Below, piece by piece: positions 62,134 through 64,000 of a stretch of DNA of 64,000 nucleotides. Origin of the DNA: Nymphaea colorata. Its lineage: Eukaryota. The number at the start of each line of letters is the position of its first letter. The first letter of the stretch is position 1. The stretch lies in contig NC_045138.2 of NCBI RefSeq assembly GCF_008831285.2, positions 30,814,001 through 30,878,000 of the forward strand. The letters are read 5' to 3'. The notes under the pieces are model-generated. The model saw nothing but the letters and a program-made list of their open reading frames with translations. It ran no database searches and had not been told where the DNA came from. The position numbers and the translations under genes are program-made.

Positions 62134-64000
62134 TTACACAAAGGAGTTGCCACTGTAACGTTCATCCTCGCAAGAACAAACTCCATCTTTGAAATGATGA
62201 AAATGCTCAGCATCTCTAACAGTGATCTCTCTCCTTACAACCCTGGAGATGAACTTAATAGCATCATGGCAACTTCTGCACATGAAGAGGTTCTTCGTGA
62301 CCCATATAGGTGTCCCAGGAACAGTGTTGATTAGACTAAATGCAACGGCTAATCTTTCGCTATGCCCACAAAATATTTCAGCCTTAGAACCTTCTATTTC
62401 ACTACCGAGACCAACTTCATTCATTTTATATCCCGTGGCTTCCATTCTTTCATAGAAACCATTTAGGACTGCATGGATCTCTCTTGTTAGAGGATGAGAT
62501 CTGTCTCCACTGAGAAACGCATGGACTTGCCCTTTAACCTCCACCCAACTACAACCTGGATCGACACTTAGTCCCCTGTCTCTCATAAGCCTCCTAACTT
62601 TGGCTACTTCATCCCATCGACCAGCCTCAGCATAGACATTACATATTAGTATATAATAGCCTATATTATGTGGTTCCAATTCAAGTATGTAGTGCGCTGC
62701 TTTCTCACCTAGTTCAACACAGCGATGGATCCTGCAGGCACCTAACAAAGCACCCCAGACAGCAGCATCAGGCTTGACTGGCATCTTCTCAATAAACTCA
62801 TTTGCTTCGACCAAAAGGCCAGCACGACCCAAAAGATCCACCATGCACGCATAGTGTTTCAAAGTAGGAATGATAGAGTACTCTTTAGTCATGTTCAGGA
62901 AAATCTGCCAACCTTCATTCACCATTCTGGACTTGCTACATGCACAGAGGAGAGTGACAAATGTAACTTCATCTGGAACCACACCTTCATCTTTCATTTC
63001 TTCAAACAGAGAAATTGCCTCAGACCCACAACCCTGCCTAGCGTAACCTGCTATCAAGGTGTTCCAAGCGGCCACATCCTTGCACTTCATTGTGCTGAAC
63101 AGGTTATAAGCCGTATCCATCCTAGAACAACGTACATACAAATCTAGAAGACTATTAGGTAGAAACCCTTCAAAGCTAAACCCGTTCCGCAACACATACG
63201 CGTGGATCTCCTTGCCACACTTGAGGGCTCCAAATTTGGCACAAGTTGAGATTGCCACTAATACAGTAACGTAGTTCGGTTTTAACTTACATAGCATTTG
63301 GCGGAAGAAGTTCAAAGCCTCAAAACTCTTGTGGTTGATGTGGAAGCCCATGATCATTGTGGTCCATGATATCACATTTTTCTCTTGCATTTCCTTGAAC
63401 ACTTTCACTGCCCTATCTAAAGACTTTAATTTTGAGTACATGTGTATTAGTGTATTACAAACTATGATACATGAAGTGAACCCATTCTTGTCAGCAAACT
63501 CATGAAGCTGAATGCCTTTTTCCAAAAATCCCACGGAAGCACATGAAAGAATCACCATCGCAAGTGTAATTTCATCAGGCATGACGCCCACCAATCTCAT
63601 CTCTTCATAAACTTCAACTGCCTTATCATGCATGTTGTTTCTGATATAACCACTAATCAAAGACGTCCAAGAAACTACATCCCTAAGGTTCATCCTCGAG
63701 AAAACCTCAATCCCAACCTGCAGCCTCCCAACATTAGCGTACCTCTGAATCAGTGCATTTTGGACTGAAGTCTCAACACCCATTCCTGTAACCAGTACAA
63801 ACCCGTGAATCTCTCTCCCTATTCTCTCGTCATCCAACGAAGTACAAGCTGCAATAACACTAGTCATCGTCATCACATCCGGATCAACGGACGCGACCCT
63901 CATTTCGGAAAACAATCTCAGACCTGATTCAAACAAACCATTTTCACAGTATCCCGAGATCATAGCATTCCATGAGATCCGATCTCTCCGAGGCATTCCA
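62134..64000 (-). CDS. ECB2: PLS-class PPR-DYW chloroplast RNA-editing factor, ECB2/VAC1 (At1g15510)-like; 5' end outside the window
   Basis: The ORF is open to the window edge. MPRRDRISWNAMISGY, PGCSWVEVKGQVHAFLS, EIFCGHSERLAVAFSLINTVPGTPIWVTKNLFMCRSCH and VRDAEHFHHFKDGVCSC closely follow recalled ECB2 sequence. Confidence 0.9.
   Translation of the reverse strand, partial: GMPRRDRISWNAMISGYCENGLFESGLRLFSEMRVASVDPDVMTMTSVIAACTSLDDERIGREIHGFVLVTGMGVETSVQNALIQRYANVGRLQVGIEVFSRMNLRDVVSWTSLISGYIRNNMHDKAVEVYEEMRLVGVMPDEITLAMVILSCASVGFLEKGIQLHEFADKNGFTSCIIVCNTLIHMYSKLKSLDRAVKVFKEMQEKNVISWTTMIMGFHINHKSFEALNFFRQMLCKLKPNYVTVLVAISTCAKFGALKCGKEIHAYVLRNGFSFEGFLPNSLLDLYVRCSRMDTAYNLFSTMKCKDVAAWNTLIAGYARQGCGSEAISLFEEMKDEGVVPDEVTFVTLLCACSKSRMVNEGWQIFLNMTKEYSIIPTLKHYACMVDLLGRAGLLVEANEFIEKMPVKPDAAVWGALLGACRIHRCVELGEKAAHYILELEPHNIGYYILICNVYAEAGRWDEVAKVRRLMRDRGLSVDPGCSWVEVKGQVHAFLSGDRSHPLTREIHAVLNGFYERMEATGYKMNEVGLGSEIEGSKAEIFCGHSERLAVAFSLINTVPGTPIWVTKNLFMCRSCHDAIKFISRVVRREITVRDAEHFHHFKDGVCSCEDERYSGNSFV

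Noticed and set aside
1..64000. A functional gene cluster or novel multi-gene system
   Set aside because: The genes (transporter, V-ATPase, PPRs, monooxygenase, hydrolase, NRL) share no evident pathway; this looks like ordinary euchromatic gene order.

Overview
Flowering-plant nuclear DNA (intron-containing genes, microsatellites, many MITEs); it is not prokaryotic and has no CRISPR, rRNA or intact tRNA. Seven protein-coding genes are reconstructable by hand: a plastidic ATP/ADP transporter (NTT/AATP, minus, 3' end outside the window, with a 1-nt frameshift in exon 1), V-ATPase proteolipid subunit c'' (minus, 4 coding exons), a PLS-class E+ PPR (At1g31430-like), a FAD-dependent monooxygenase (plus, 4 exons, GC-AG first intron), an alpha/beta-hydrolase (At1g80280/At1g15490-like, 7 exons), a BTB-less NPH3/NRL protein (At1g52770-like) and an ECB2/VAC1-like PPR-DYW (5' end outside the window). 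Intergenic DNA holds a decayed tandem copy of the monooxygenase locus, a ycf2 plastid insertion, hAT- and Tourist-type MITEs and long foldbacks. I found no well-supported new multi-gene system. The best leads are gene-architecture oddities: a possible in-frame 21-nt microexon created by donor-site duplication, an in-frame uORF in front of a hidden hydrophobic extension, a GC/GT donor difference between duplicates, and the NTT frameshift. Homology calls come from recalled family motifs, not from database searches.
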